DNA of 63,588 bases, filler included, from Chiloscyllium plagiosum (lineage: Eukaryota), in assembly GCF_004010195.1 (NCBI RefSeq). It is 5 parts of one record of this genome, joined end to end, with 100 filler letters (N's around TTAATTAATTAA, not from the genome) between each part and the next. Parts side by side here need not be neighbours in the genome. Positions count along the whole stretch, not along the records: positions 22,999 to 45,869 come from NC_057710.1; 4 more parts are not named here. One strand, written 5' to 3'. Both the position numbers and the translations under genes were made by a program. Each line of letters begins with the position of its first letter. Positions within the stretch are counted from its first letter, which is position 1. A model generated the notes under the pieces. It saw only the letters and a list, made by a program, of their open reading frames with translations. It had not been told where the DNA came from and did no database searches. Of this stretch, positions 26,186 to 38,918 are shown one piece after another.

Positions 26186-26689
26186 AAAGAAGTTTAAATG
26201 TCCTAAGTAAGACCCTCACAGTCAGTATGTTGGAATTCTGAAGAATTCCATTGCTTTTCTAGTGGGATAATTCGTCCTCCACCGATAAAGAGATCAGGTT
26301 GCCTGTCCAGAATTGTCAGCCATTTGTTAGTTTCCACAACCATTTGTGATGGCAGTGACGATAACTGTTTTTGTGATACCAGAACAACACTTTCGCTATG
26401 CTTCCCTGGAAGGCAGAATAGTAATATGTGCAAGGAAATGCCTGACCTTGGCCTTCATTTATTGTTGTTTTAGTGAGTCATTCATTGGCCCCATACTGAG
26501 CGCTACAGAACAGGAAAGTTCCATGCTTATTTCTCTGAGGAATTAATAATCTACTGCTAGATTCACAGGGAACCCAACTGCACCAGCACCTGCAAGGTAG
26601 AGAGGGGAAATGAAACATGTTGGCTTCTGATTGCCAACTAGTAACTGTGATTAGGAAATACACAGGTATGGATAATAAATCATGAAAGA

Positions 26690-26985
26690 TCTTGTGGTGC
26701 AGTGGCAGTGTCCCTACCTCTGAAGCAGAAGTACTTTGCTCAAATCCAACCTGCTCCAGAAGTGTGTATTAACATCTCTGAGCAGGTTGGTTAGTATACA
26801 TATAAATAACCTTCGTGGGGTGTTGTGTTGGAAACTGAATGCACTATATTAAGTATGGTTTAACGAGGGTTTTAGGCCTTTTGCGACACAGTGGTAGTGT
26901 CCTTACTCTGAGCCAGGAGACCTAGGTTCAAGGCCAATCTGCTCCAAAGGTGTGTAATGACATCTCTGAACAGCTTGGCTGGAAA
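26690..26985 (+). mobile_element. Two nearby copies of a short tRNA-head SINE-like element
   Basis: cagtgg(c/t)agtgtcc...ctgctcca(g/a)a..tgtgta..acatctctga.cag at ~26695-26795 and ~26887-26985. Confidence 0.55.
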
Positions 26986-27689
26986 CTATCTCAGACATTG
27001 TGGTGAGGACCTCTACAGTCATCCAGGTGACTAATACTGAGTGACAAAATTCGCACATGACAAATTCCCATTGGGTGAGACATAACAGAGTCATTTTGGG
27101 CTTATTGTACTGAGCAGGGATCAGAAGACGAATGGGAGCAAAGTTACAAACCCTATGTATTGGGTCTGTCGGTGAGCAAGGTGACAGAGGCAGATTACTT
27201 TCTTCAGTGCAGATTCAATGTCAGAACGCAATGTCTGTACATCAGCTGTCAGACTCAGTTGGTGCCCTCAATGGACAGAATCTTGGCAAGCCAATGGGGG
27301 AAGCTGCCTGAAAGCTGGAGAGACCTGTGTTTCCGTCACTGAGTAGGTGCTGCTGAACCAAGAGCCATTCAGGCAGTTGAGAGGACTACTATAGGTCTTT
27401 CCCAGCATTAAGGCCTCAGGGGGGCAGAGGCCCTGCCGACCAACTTGCTGAGCAGTGTCACTGGGAGGTGAGGACTGCTGTTGGAATGACAGGAACTGGA
27501 GGCTCAGGATTCCAGAGCAACCCAGGGCTGTACGGTGTAATAGAAGTAATAGTGGGGAAGGGTTTCCAGGGTGTGAGGGTGATGGGCTATATAGTGGTGG
27601 GTGTCCGAAGCAAGGACATTGAGGTGGCTCACTCTCCCATCCAATCAGATGCCCATCCCAGCCCAAACACACCACTAGAGAGGACAGAG

Positions 27690-28050
27690 GAAAGAGAAAG
27701 AGAAAGAAAGAAAGAGAGAGACAAGAAAGAAGGAAAGGAAGAGAAAGAGAGCAAAAGAAAAAGAGATAGAAAGATAGAAAGAAATAAAAAATGAGAGAAA
27801 GAAAGGTAAGAAAGAGAGAAAGAAAGAAAGAAAGAGAGAAAGAAAGAAAGAAAGAGAGAAAGAAAGAAAGAAAGAGAGAAAGAAAGAAAGAAAGAGAGAA
27901 AGAAAGAAAGAAAGAGAGAAAGAAAGAAAGAAAGAGAGAAAGAAAGAAAGAAAGAGAGAAAGAAAGAAAGAAAGAGAGAAAGAAAGAAAGAAAGAGAGAA
28001 AGAAAGAAAGAAAGAGAGAAAGAAAGAAAGAGAGAAAGAATGAAACAAAG
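27690..28050 (+). repeat. Purine microsatellite (GAAA-rich, 20-bp higher-order unit)
   Basis: (aaagagagaaagaaagaaag)n is essentially perfect from ~27811 to ~28030. Confidence 0.95.
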
Positions 28051-28124
28051 AAAGATTCTTGCTTAAGGCATGGTGACCCTCAAGTTAAACCACCACCAGT
28101 TTTCTCTCTCTCTAATCTGACTAC

Positions 28125-28426
28125 ATGATGGTTCAATGTTAGCATTGCACTCTCACAGTACCAGGGACCTGTGTTCAATTCCTGCCTTGGACGGCTGTCT
28201 GTGTGAAGTTTGCACATTCTCCCCGTGTCTGCGAGGGTTTCCTCCCATGATCCAAAAATGTGCTGGTCAGGTGAATTGGCCATGCTAAATTGCCCATAGT
28301 GTTAAGTGCATTCGTCAGGGGTAAATATAGGGGAGGGGAGTGGGTTTGGTTGTATTGGTCTTCAGAGGGTTGGTGTGGACTTGTTGGGCTGAAGGGCCTG
28401 TTTCCATACTGTGGGTATCTAATCTA
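28125..28426 (+). mobile_element. HE1-like SINE
   Basis: gttcaattcc B-box, tgtgtgaagtttgcacattctcccc core, tatctaatcta tail. Confidence 0.85.
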
Positions 28427-29171
28427 TGGTGACTTTACCTTTTTTACATTTTCTTTATTATTTAATGAACTGATACATCATATCTAAACTGCTGCTTCTC
28501 AATAACCTCTTAATCTTTCAGAATTCTCACTCCTCTTGAATCTTTGTCTTTGTGTTATCTTACTCTCAGAGATTTGCAGTTGCTCACAAATGCTTTTTAT
28601 TTATCTAACATCTTTTCCTAGCTTCACTATGATGACCTTTTAAAATCCTTCAATACTTTTCTATTAAATAGTTTGCGACTCATTAACTGAAGCTAATTGA
28701 CCCGCTCTGCAATGTCAGCAATTTTCCTTCCTCTTAAGTTTGTTTTGATTCAACCAATTAAATATACACGGGGCCTGAAAATGATTGGCCGTTCTCATGT
28801 GCAGAATAACAGAATAGCACGAAGGAAGCAATTCCAGACAGTGACTGCTTACCAAGTAATTAAAAATTGTTTTTCAATCAGCATCATTCAATCTTCTGCC
28901 ATTGATCTTAAATTAAGAATAAAACCAGGCAGCAACCCAGTTTTAACTCTAGAACTAGAAGTGATAACCCACCATCTGTCCACTCAACTCTGTGCGGTCC
29001 TATTTGCTAACGTCTGCACCAAAACTGGGAGAGCTGTCTCATAGTCTAATCAAACAATGGCCTGATGTTATCATACTCACACATCAGGAACCAATGGTGC
29101 ACAGGTGTTCAGGAGACCCAACAACTTGTGGATGTCAATGTTGGAAATTGTGGCCTCCTTCTTTTAAGAAT

Positions 29172-29447
29172 TAGAATCCCTACAGTGGGGAAACAGGCCC
29201 TTTAGCTCAACAAGTCCACACTGACCCTCCAAAGAGTAATCCACCCAGACCCATTCCCCTACTCTAACCTACACCTCCCAGAACACTATGGGCAATTTAG
29301 CATGGCCAATTCACCTAATTTGCCCATCTTTGGACAGTGGGAAGAAACCGAGCACCCAGAGGAAACCCACACAGACATGGGGAGAATGTGCAAACTCCAT
29401 GCAGACAGTCACCTGAGGCTGGAATCAAACATGGGTCCCAGGCACTT
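29172..29447 (-). mobile_element. HE1-like SINE (partial)
   Basis: Reverse complement of SINE body and tail. Confidence 0.85.
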
Positions 29448-31011
29448 TGGGGATGGACAATGTATTCTGACCTGGTCAGCAACACCCAAATTCTGACAGT
29501 GAATCTCTTTATAGTGATACAAAGTTGTTGGAGCTAGAGGTAGGGAAGTGTGCTGCTAGGATTCATTAAGCTGCATGTAGACTGAAAAGTCAGTATGTCT
29601 AGCGAGTTGGGGTTTACCAGGCTTCAGATAAAAAAAAGCTCCAAAGATAGTGATCTGGTAAATAATTACTATAAGTCCTTCCAATGGATGCTGAAAGGAG
29701 ATAATAAAGTGTCTTTTGGCAGAGTGTTCAGCAGACTGGAGAGATTATTGCTTCCAGTCGTACGAGATTGATAATTATTCATAATGCACACAGAATGCTT
29801 TGGTACATGCTTCTGCTTGACTCATGCAAATGAGCATATCGTCCCATTAATCCAGAGGGCTCAGACCTTATTGTCCAGGCTGTGATTATGTACTGGATCA
29901 AGACCTGAGAATTCTTGGAGCCTAGTTTTTCTGCATGATTCACATCATCAGGTTTGACCCACCTCATGAAGCTTTCCACTGACCTAAAAGGGAATAAAAG
30001 ACTGTTAGTTGATGTGACATTTATAGCTAATACAGAATTAATCTTCACATTACATCTCAGGTTCTTCCAAGCTAGGCCGAGAGCCTGCAGGCCACTGATG
30101 GGCCAGTGCTGCTGACAAGGAAAACACTGTAATGGATTGTATCTTTAGGATGAACAAATAGCAAACTGGAAAAGCCAATTACAAGAACATAGAGCAATTA
30201 CAGCAAGGCAAATAGTGCAACCTTGTTAAATGAGCTGTGCAGAGAAATACAGTCCAAAGATGTTAGGTGGGTCAGCCATCTTAAATGTGCGGTTACGGGG
30301 ATTAGATGGGAGATTGCATCTGGGTGGCACGGTCTTCGGAGGGTCAGTGTGGACTTGATGGTCCACGATGATGTGGTGAGCCCAGTGGTTTGTCTGTGTG
30401 GATTTGTGTGGATGAATGGTTGAGAAAGATGTCCAGGTAACATGCAGCAACATTGTACTGAAGACATTTGCTAATGTCTAGGACAAGCAATTGGTGAGTT
30501 ATAGCTGCCAGAACCTGATCTGGCACACAATGGGACTTTATCCTGTCTAGTTTAATGGTGAAAGAGTGAATTAAGTGCCATGTAGATGAGTGTGAGTTGG
30601 AATATTAATGAGAACCAAATGCATTGAAATAAAGTAATCAGACTGAATATCAGGCATCTGAAGTTGCCATTTAAAACTTAAGGGGAAAATTGCAAAAAAT
30701 AACTTCCAGTGAGATGCTGATTTTTATTTCATTTTATCCATATTTTTACACCTTTCTCACCATTGCTTGTGTCACATCAGGGAGGAGAAACTCCCCCACT
30801 CTATTATTTTGGGTCAAGTTGATTTTCCATCAGAATAAGTGCTTGTCCTGCTCCTGATTCCTGTATCCTAAGAATTAATTTCAAAGAATGTTAGCTGATG
30901 TCCTTTCACCACTCTGATATATGGGTAAGCAAGTCAGAGATGAGAATGTTACCACTGGAAAGTGAACACAAGCATTAACATAAAATCCAATAAGCAAAAT
31001 TTTCTGCAGCA

Positions 31012-31259
31012 TCACTGCAAGACCATGTGGTGTCCAAGTGATTCTTGTACTGCATTTGAATGATGTTCTTGGAAGGGCTTGCATGTTCTCGATGAATGAC
31101 GCTCAGTGTTTGATCCATTGCTGCACAAAGCTTGGACAATACAGCAATCAATCACAGAATCAATTCCACCAGTTGAGGACAGATTAGTTTGATCAGGAAT
31201 GTGGTCATAATCGTTCATCACTCGAACTGAAACAGCATTTGGGGCCTCATCGATGTCAC
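31012..31259 (-). CDS. Candidate terminal coding exon of an unidentified host gene
   Basis: Acceptor cttcactacactcttcttcacag|G (phase 1); open frame (G)DIDEAPNAVSVRVMNDYDHIPDQ...HHMVLQ*; AATAAA ~285 nt downstream (30728-30723); non-repetitive DNA; no upstream exon identified. Confidence 0.4.
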
Positions 31260-31659
31260 CTGTGAAGAAGAGTGTAGTGAAGCCAGTAATCACTGAATAT
31301 AACTATACAATTCTTCATGAGGTAAACTGCCAGAGACTCTCAACAATAGACACAGTGGAAGCAACAAAGAGCCATGTTTCTAATAGAGAGGGAGGCAAAA
31401 CTATTCAGCCACAGACAAAGGAGCATAATTGTTAAGGGAGAAAATCAACAGCAATTAGAACATTTTTACCAAGTCAAGGCCAATGTTTTTCAACTGAGTA
31501 GCAGCACACTGCAAGAAGGAGAAGAAAAAACATAATGTAGTGGAAGTAGAGGACTGAGGGGGAATTGACACCATTCTCTACAGCAAAGAGTGGAAGGCCA
31601 GATGGTTGCATTACTGCCCTGTGTCATGATTCAGGACATTTACTCAGAGCTGAAGAGAA

Positions 31660-31941
31660 ATGTGTGGAGTTTGCACATCTTCCCTGTGTCTGCGTGGGTT
31701 TCCTCTGGGTGCTCCAGTTTCCTCCCATGATCCAAAGATGTGCAGGTTAGGTGAATTGGCCATGCTAAATTGCCCATAATTTTCAGGGATGTGTAGGTTA
31801 GATGCTTTAGTCAGGGGTAAATATAAGGTAATAGGGTAGGGGATTGGATCTGGGTGAGATACTCTTTGGAGGGTTGGTGTGGAGCTGTTGGGCCGAAGGG
31901 TCTGTTTCCACACTGTAGGCATTCTATTATTCTATGATTCT
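31660..31941 (+). mobile_element. HE1-like SINE lacking its head
   Basis: Runs from tgtgtggagtttgcacatc to the ttctatgattct tail. Confidence 0.85.
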
Positions 31942-32916
31942 AAGGATCCAGCTGTTATGGTATATGTAGACACCAATGTCATAGACATACTGAGACTCTA
32001 TACTATCTGTATGCGGGGCTAGGTGGCAACTTTAGACGTAGAAAGTCAAAGGTCATAACCTCTGGATGATAACCTGAGCCAAATGCAAATTGACATAAAT
32101 CAAATCAGATTAACTAGATGAATGAATCGCTGAAAGACTGGTGTGGGAGAAATGGCTTTGAGTTCATCGGGCCAGGACTTAGGAAAATGGGATGTATCCT
32201 GATAGGATGGCATCCACCGAACTTTGCTGAGATCATTGCATAACCTCACATTTTCCCACATTGTGTTCTCCCTGCTGAGATTTTGCCCACTTATTCAATT
32301 GGTTTATATCCCTTAGTGGATTCATTACTTAGAACATTAATTCCAACACCTTGAAACATTAACTCTCTCCGTCTCTTTGCAGATACTGCCAGACCATCTC
32401 CAGCACTTTCTGTCCTTATTATGAGTAAAGTGGGACAACTTAGATACTTCCATTTTTCTGGTCCTACACAGGGGGTAGCCGACAGGTCTGCAAACTTACA
32501 TGTTAAAATAAATGCAAATTCTGATCACCACATTGCGATGTGATTCGCTTCAATGGGATTCAGGCAAAATTGTACTGAACCTTAATTTAAAAACACTGGT
32601 TCATTGTTTTCTGCATGTGGCGCTTAGCCTGATCACTTTGAATCTACAAATGTATGGATTATGTAGTAGAATTTTAGTTGCTAATGATTCCTACAGACTC
32701 AAAATATCTGTGTGTGCTTTGCAAACTGAAATGAGCCTTCAAAACACCTGATAGGCAGCTTCTGAGGTCTGAAGCTAATCCTCCAATTTCATATCAGTAT
32801 CTAACTAATAATGACAGTGATGGTCAACACCAATTCAACAAACTGGAAAACCTAAGAAAAACTAAGAGTTTATGCAGATTACACCAACTTATATACCTAT
32901 TCACACCATGTGTGAA

Positions 32917-33160
32917 TTAAGGGGTGGTAGGTATAGGACAGATGTTAGGGGTAGATTCTTTACTCAGCGAGTTGTGAGTTCATGGAATGCCCTGCCAGTA
33001 GCAGTGGTGGACTCTCCCTCTTTATGGGCATTTAAACGGGCATTGGATAGGCATATGGAGGATAGTGGGCTAGTGTAGGTTAGGTGGGCTTGGATCGGCG
33101 CAACATCGAGGGCCAAAGGGCCTGTACTGCACTGTATTTTTCTATGTACTATGTTCTATG
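32917..33160 (+). mobile_element. CR1-clade LINE 3' end
   Basis: RGRFFTQRVVSSWNALP motif; ctatgtactatgttctatg tail. Confidence 0.85.
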
Positions 33161-33424
33161 TCCTTTCTCAATATCTTTACTATCCTGAGGCATATAATCC
33201 AAATGTCCAGTTGTTACATGTTGAAGAACTGAGTTTAGAAGGAACAGCTCCAAATCTGTTTTTCTGACATTCTGCAAGTGGACTGGTGAAATAATGGAGT
33301 CTTACTTTCCATCTTGATTAGATCTTGCTTTGACAATAAACCTTGGGTATAAACCCTTTCATTTGCCTAGATATATCTGGCCTTCAGCCCTTCACCCAAT
33401 TTTGAACTCCCAATCTCCCGGTTA

Positions 33425-33770
33425 GGTGGCATGGTGGCTCAGTGGTTAGCACTGCTGCCTCACAGTACCAGGGACCTAGGTTCAATTCCAGCCTCAGCCG
33501 ACTGTCTGTGGAGTTTGTACAATCTCCTCATGTCTGTGTGGGTTTCCTCCAGGTGCTCTGGTTTACTCTCACAGTCCAAAGATGTGCAAGTGGTGAACGG
33601 GCCATGCTAAATTGTCCATAGTGTTCAGGGATGGGTAGGTTAGGTGCATTAGTCAGGGGCAAATGGAGAGGGATTTTAAGGAAATGGGTCTGGATGGGAC
33701 ACTCTTCAGAGGGTTGATGTGGACTTGTTGGGCCAAATGGTCTGTTTCTACACTGTGGGGATTCGATGAA
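33425..33770 (+). mobile_element. HE1-like SINE, near full length
   Basis: ggtggcatggtggctcagtggttagc A-box, ggttcaattcc B-box, core and tail. Confidence 0.88.
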
Positions 33771-34379
33771 TTAAGTACCAGGATAACTACACGGGCACAA
33801 TCTGTGGTGACCAATGCTTATAAAACAAAATATGAAGCACTCAGACTGAGGTGGGAGAGGGGTTGACACTAACAAACATGAGAGTGGGGGAAAGGGGCTG
33901 CTGGTGATTGTTGGAGATGAAGGAGTTGTTGGTAGGTCTAGGGGTGAATTAAGGTCAAGTGGAGCTGAAGCTTCCAGAAAGTGTGGTTAGATCCAAGTTT
34001 AGTAATTAAGGAAAACCATGCGCATGATTAAATGGCATCCTTGAGTGGTTCAATATGGTGGTCGAGATGAGTAGAGAGAGGTGGGTGCAGAAATCAATAT
34101 GCCGGAAGGTCAGATAAAAGAACGGTTAATAAAGGGTCCAGGTAAAGTTTCAGAACACAATAGTACTGCTCCCTTATTAGAGACAGACAATCGTTAGTGA
34201 GTTTGACCGAAGGCTCACCATGCCTCAGGAAAGGGGAGAGGTTGAGAAGGTGATACCTTCCAGTTAACATCAGACATGCGAGAATTAAACTTGTGCTGTT
34301 GGGGTCACTCTGCCAGCAATCCAAACAAATGCTCAAGGGAAATGATACCAGTGTATCCTGGTTTCTCAAGTTCATGCAT

Positions 34380-36690
34380 AATGTAAATTTTAGATTCCAT
34401 TATTCTGGAATTGATTTCTCCAGATCGACATCCTTGAGCAGTGAAGTGATGGATTGATAGTCGTCATATCAGCCATCAACTGACTGCACATCTTGAAGCC
34501 TGAAAATTTTCTACACTAGAAACTCGATCCCGAAATATTCACCATTCATATTCAGATACCTTGGGGGTTTGGGTGGGGTGGTGAAGTTTTGGAGGTGCAG
34601 CAGCAGATTGCTACATGTCAGATCAAATGATTTCAAGATATGAGCTTGTTGCCTGGATGCAAGCGCTGAAATTGATATTGCTTCTTCCCTTTGGTGATCA
34701 GGAAGCTGAGCTACAACAAGCTGGATTTGGTCGCGAGAGAAATGATCCATTGACCTTCACCAGAGCTGACTATAAAAGTGCTCACTGATACCATGCAGCT
34801 CAGGTGCAATGTTGGTAAACATTACAGGTGTCTTCAAACATAGTGAACAGCTTCTCACAGGCCAGTAGATTGATGGAAACAATGTCTGAGCTGTCTGATT
34901 CATCAGCATTCTCACATTGCCCTTTCTTTGTTACGATGGATGTCTGCACATGCTCTGAATAATCCACAATGCTGGAACAGGAGAAAAAAGTATAGCACAC
35001 TTTTTGATGCTCCAGATCAACAAAGCTTCCAAACAGTTCAAAGTTTTACTTTGCGCTGATGATCATATATTTCCATTTATGTCAGTATCCATCTTGAGCA
35101 GAGGTGATCGAATTCACCACAGTCAGCCAAACATCCAGCTTTGAAAAATGTCCAGAAATGTCCGTAGAGATACGAATCCCAAAATTCATGTTGGGGCAAT
35201 CAACCGAAGAAGCCAACTCTTCTTGGTAGTACAATCCTTTGTTTTCCAGAGTTTGATGTGCAATGACCAGAGCAGGATCAAAAGGAAGTTCAGAAATGTA
35301 TTTGTTTTGACACGTATCCGTTGTTGCCAGCAAAAATAGGGCAATTCTTCCTATTTTCTTTACTTGAGGTGTCCATTGCAACAAAGACAAAAAGGCATAG
35401 TGTTAAGACTCAGAGCCATTTAGCTCAGAAACCAGGTCTGTTATGTTCAACTTCAAGCTATTCCTCTTCAAACATACATTGAACGGAATGCTATGATTCT
35501 TATGAATATGATAAGCCACAATGGCATGGGCTATGGTGCAACATGTGGCAGAATTGTACAAAGTATCCTGCAAGACTTATCGCAGTATCAGGAACAACTC
35601 ACCACACAATGCGCTCATCAAGGTGTGATTCTTCCCAAGCAGTGGCAAGTAGTCTATTATGGTTCACTGCTTGTTAAGGGCCTTATTAACTGTCCAGCTC
35701 ATCCCATTAATGTGAAGCTTCCTATCCTCCTGCCCGCTATGAAGCAACTAGACACCGAGAGTTTTGACATGGACGGCAGCGCAGGTACTTAGTGACTTCA
35801 GCTCACCAGTGGCTGTGAAGAGCATCTATGTTGCTCACCACACAACAGCATCTCAGAGCATGATCCATGGGCACCATCTGCAGGCACCCCTGGTCCATGA
35901 GCATTGGCATCTGATGTTGGCCAAACCCACTGGATCCTCAAGACACCTCTCCGATCCACTTGCAAAATGCTTACAAAGTACAGAGCTGCATTACAGGCAG
36001 CACCAGCAATTAGCATTGAAAAGCTGTTGCAAAGGCTCTTTGGGCAAATGGACAGGCATCAAGTTGAAAGAACGGAGCCAGTTGCATTTCAGGGCTGCTT
36101 GCTTGCTGACTTAGCTCTCACCCACTTAGCACCTCCCTGCACGTTCACAGCCTTCATGTTTTACCATGCTGTGCTGCACTTGTTAATGCATTGGCACTGC
36201 AGCCAGAGCCTAAAGGCTATCAGTACTGCTGTATTGATGGGCTCTTTAGTGCAGACTCACTGCTTGTCAGTATGGATCTGCCCAGGGCGATGGGCGCGAT
36301 GTGTATCTTACTATACAGCACACATTAGTCGTTAATCTAAAACTTACAAGCATGTGACGGTTGCCTGGTGTAGTAAACAGACTGAACATCCATTTAATTC
36401 ACTGACCAAGTTGGAGAGTGGGTAAGGGTACTCCTTAGTCCAGTTAAGGGGTGGCCCCTGTTTGTTTAGGGGTCCCATTACTGTCACTCACACGGTCCAG
36501 GAGTCAGTCCACAGTCAGTCATCCACTCAGACTGGTCACGGTCACAGGATACATCTGACTATCGTCCAGAGAGTGGGTAGCAGTCAGTCTTGTAGGGCCA
36601 TCGCATGCTTTTGGGGGATTCGCATATCATTAGCGAAGGAGCTGCAAGGGCATTGGTCAGGGGTCTGGTCAGTCTGACTAGACATTGTCT
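34380..36690 (-). pseudogene. Decayed viral-type glycoprotein ORF, candidate foamy (spuma)-like endogenous retrovirus env
   Basis: One frame 35819->34800 has 340 codons and 7 stops, joining track ORFs 35082..35390 and 34800..35000; after one frameshift it continues through 34511..34750 to ~34380; Cys-rich with NHT, NHS, NIT, NGS and NFT sequons; motif order resembles foamy Env as recalled. Confidence 0.55.
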
Positions 36691-37069
36691 ATCAACGTCA
36701 GCCAGAGATCTGGGGCAAACACTGACCTCGCTGTCCTTGCATTGATTATAAAAGACAAAAAAAAAATCTCAATTTATATCGAGCAGTTTGAGAATATATT
36801 GACTGCAATACTGCAGGAAAGCCAGAAGTGTGTTATTTCAGTAATCATGGTTCAAACTGAAACAATTGGTCAATGCTTTTTGCTCTTCAGGTCCAACTCC
36901 TAGGTGCTGCAAACCAGGTCTGGAATAAAGGTAGCAAAACAAAATGCATGTGTATCATTGCCCATTAAATCTATATATCAAGATATTCAAATTAGGTAAA
37001 GACGATGAAGAACAATCTCAATTTTGGTCAAGTTGCTCTGAAGATATTCAGTGGAATCTTCTCATCCTT

Positions 37070-37538
37070 TGAGGGTGTGATTGCACTGGAGAGGTGCAAA
37101 AGGATGTTTCCTGAGATGGAGCATGTTAAGAAAGGCTGGATAAGTGTGGGTTTCTTTTTGTGGAATGAAGAAGGTTGAGGGGCTACCTTGATTGAGATTT
37201 ATAAGATTGTGAGGGGCATGGACAGGGTGAGTAGAGAGCAGCTGTTCCTCTTAGTCAAAGGGCCAATAACAAAGGGGCATAATTTTAAATTGGAAGGCAG
37301 GAGGATCAGAGGAAAATATTTATCATCCAGAATGTGGTAGCGTTCTAGAATAAACTACCTGGGAGGGTAGTTGAGGCAGGAAACTTCACAATTTTTATAA
37401 AAGTACTTGGATAAACACTTGAAGAGATATAGCATTCAAAGCTTTGGCCAGGTGTGTGGGAAAATGGGAGTACAGTTGGCAGTTCAGACTTGATGGGCCA
37501 AAGGGCCTCTATTGTCCTGTATAATTCTATGATTCCAT
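37070..37538 (+). mobile_element. Diverged CR1-clade LINE 3' end
   Basis: gcactggagagg...gagatttataagattgtgaggggcatggacaggg...ttctatgattc tail. Confidence 0.75.
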
Positions 37539-38918
37539 GTGGGCAATGGAGAACATTTGGGAGAATACAGCAAGAATGAAAATATTAAATTCTTGAAGGC
37601 AAAAAAAAGTCTGATGTTTCCCCTTCAGGTTTCAACAGCTAGATGACTGTCTCAGTAATAAGCACTGAGGACCTTATTTCGTTGCACTTACACCTCTCCA
37701 TTAACTAAACTGGCCTCAATTGTATGCTGTCCACAATTCTCCAAGGCACTGGTGGGAAACTAGACTATGTCAGTTCCTGACTTGAAAATCAGTGTCATGA
37801 CTTGACCTGGAGGTGCTGAGGTAGTTAGAAAGAAGGGGAACTAATGGAGTTCAGAAGAAGGGTCACTGGACTTAACTGTTATCTTCCCACAAGTGCTATC
37901 AGACCTGCTGAGTTTCTCCAGCAATTTCTGTCTTTGTGTGTGAAATAATGGGGTGAGTTGGCTGTGGCAAGAAACTTGCCGCCTTCTCATCACTGAGGAG
38001 AAGAAGACGCAGTGAGAACTTGCATTACTCGCTAACAATTAAGGCTCTTAAATGGTCAATTCATGGCTGATTCAGGGCCTTGTCCCGCCCCAGACCTCCC
38101 TGCTCGCTGCTGGCAGGCCAGGGGTCATTCAAGGGTCATTCCCCTTGCATTGCCTGCTCTTGCAGCAGGGTTCCTAGGTGAAAATTTCCCAGTTACTGTT
38201 CTCCAGAGGAATCCTTTCACACAGTAATTGCCTTCAAGGTATTTCCCTTAGCCCCAAGCTTTCCCACTTGTAAACATTGTACAATTGCATGGTTAGAGGC
38301 AGGAATTACCATCCACTGTGCTCACACCTTGTGCTACTTCCTCAAGATTCAGGTTGCTTGGCAAGATCACTGGCAATGGCTCCTTTAGCTATTTCAAACT
38401 GGAGACTGCCATTAGCCAGCAGGTCCTTGCTACCTTGGTCTAGCCACAACTGGAAGGTTTACCTGGTTGTGGTAATCTAGTAATCCAGAGGTGGGGTTGT
38501 AGTAAGTAATGCACATGCTGGGAACATAGGTTCAAATGCAACAAGGCAGTATGTGGAACTTAAAATCAATTATTTAAAAAATAGCATATGGGAGTGCAAA
38601 ATTTGAGTATTGCAGACAAAAAGGGCATGTTTTATTGAAGCTTTCTCTCGGTGTGTACTGTGCAAGATTATTCTTTCAGTTTTAATAAAAATACCTGTCT
38701 TTTAAAAAAATGTTAGTCTCACCATAACCATGACAACTATCACTGATTGCTTTAAAAGAAAAGACACATCCGGTTCACTCACATGCTGCAGGAAAAGAAA
38801 TTTTACTTAGTTCGACTTCTACGTGACTTCAAGCCCACAGCAATTCCTTAACTGCCCTCTGAAATGGCTGACTCAGCTACTCAGTTTGAGGGAAATCCAG
38901 GAGTAGGCCTTGCCATTA

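Noticed and set aside
27468..28066. Lys/Glu/Arg-rich and Phe/Leu/Ser-rich ORFs
   Set aside because: Translations of the GAAA microsatellite
29779..29983. Strong minus-strand acceptor (cttttattcccttttag|g) with an open frame
   Set aside because: No convincing donor, no recognisable peptide, and it lies beyond the putative poly(A) signal of the 31012 exon candidate
33425..33500. tRNA-like sequence with A and B boxes (also at 9172, 25650, 28125, 40026 and 63243)
   Set aside because: Each continues into the SINE core and LINE-like tail, so these are SINE heads and not tRNA genes
35493..36335. Plus-strand ORFs of 99-143 aa
   Set aside because: No recognisable motifs; better explained as antisense shadows of the decayed minus-strand glycoprotein frame
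36385..36420. Peptide LVSELNG appears here and again near 35435 on the minus strand
   Set aside because: Underlying nucleotides differ and the flanks do not align; treated as coincidence rather than a duplication
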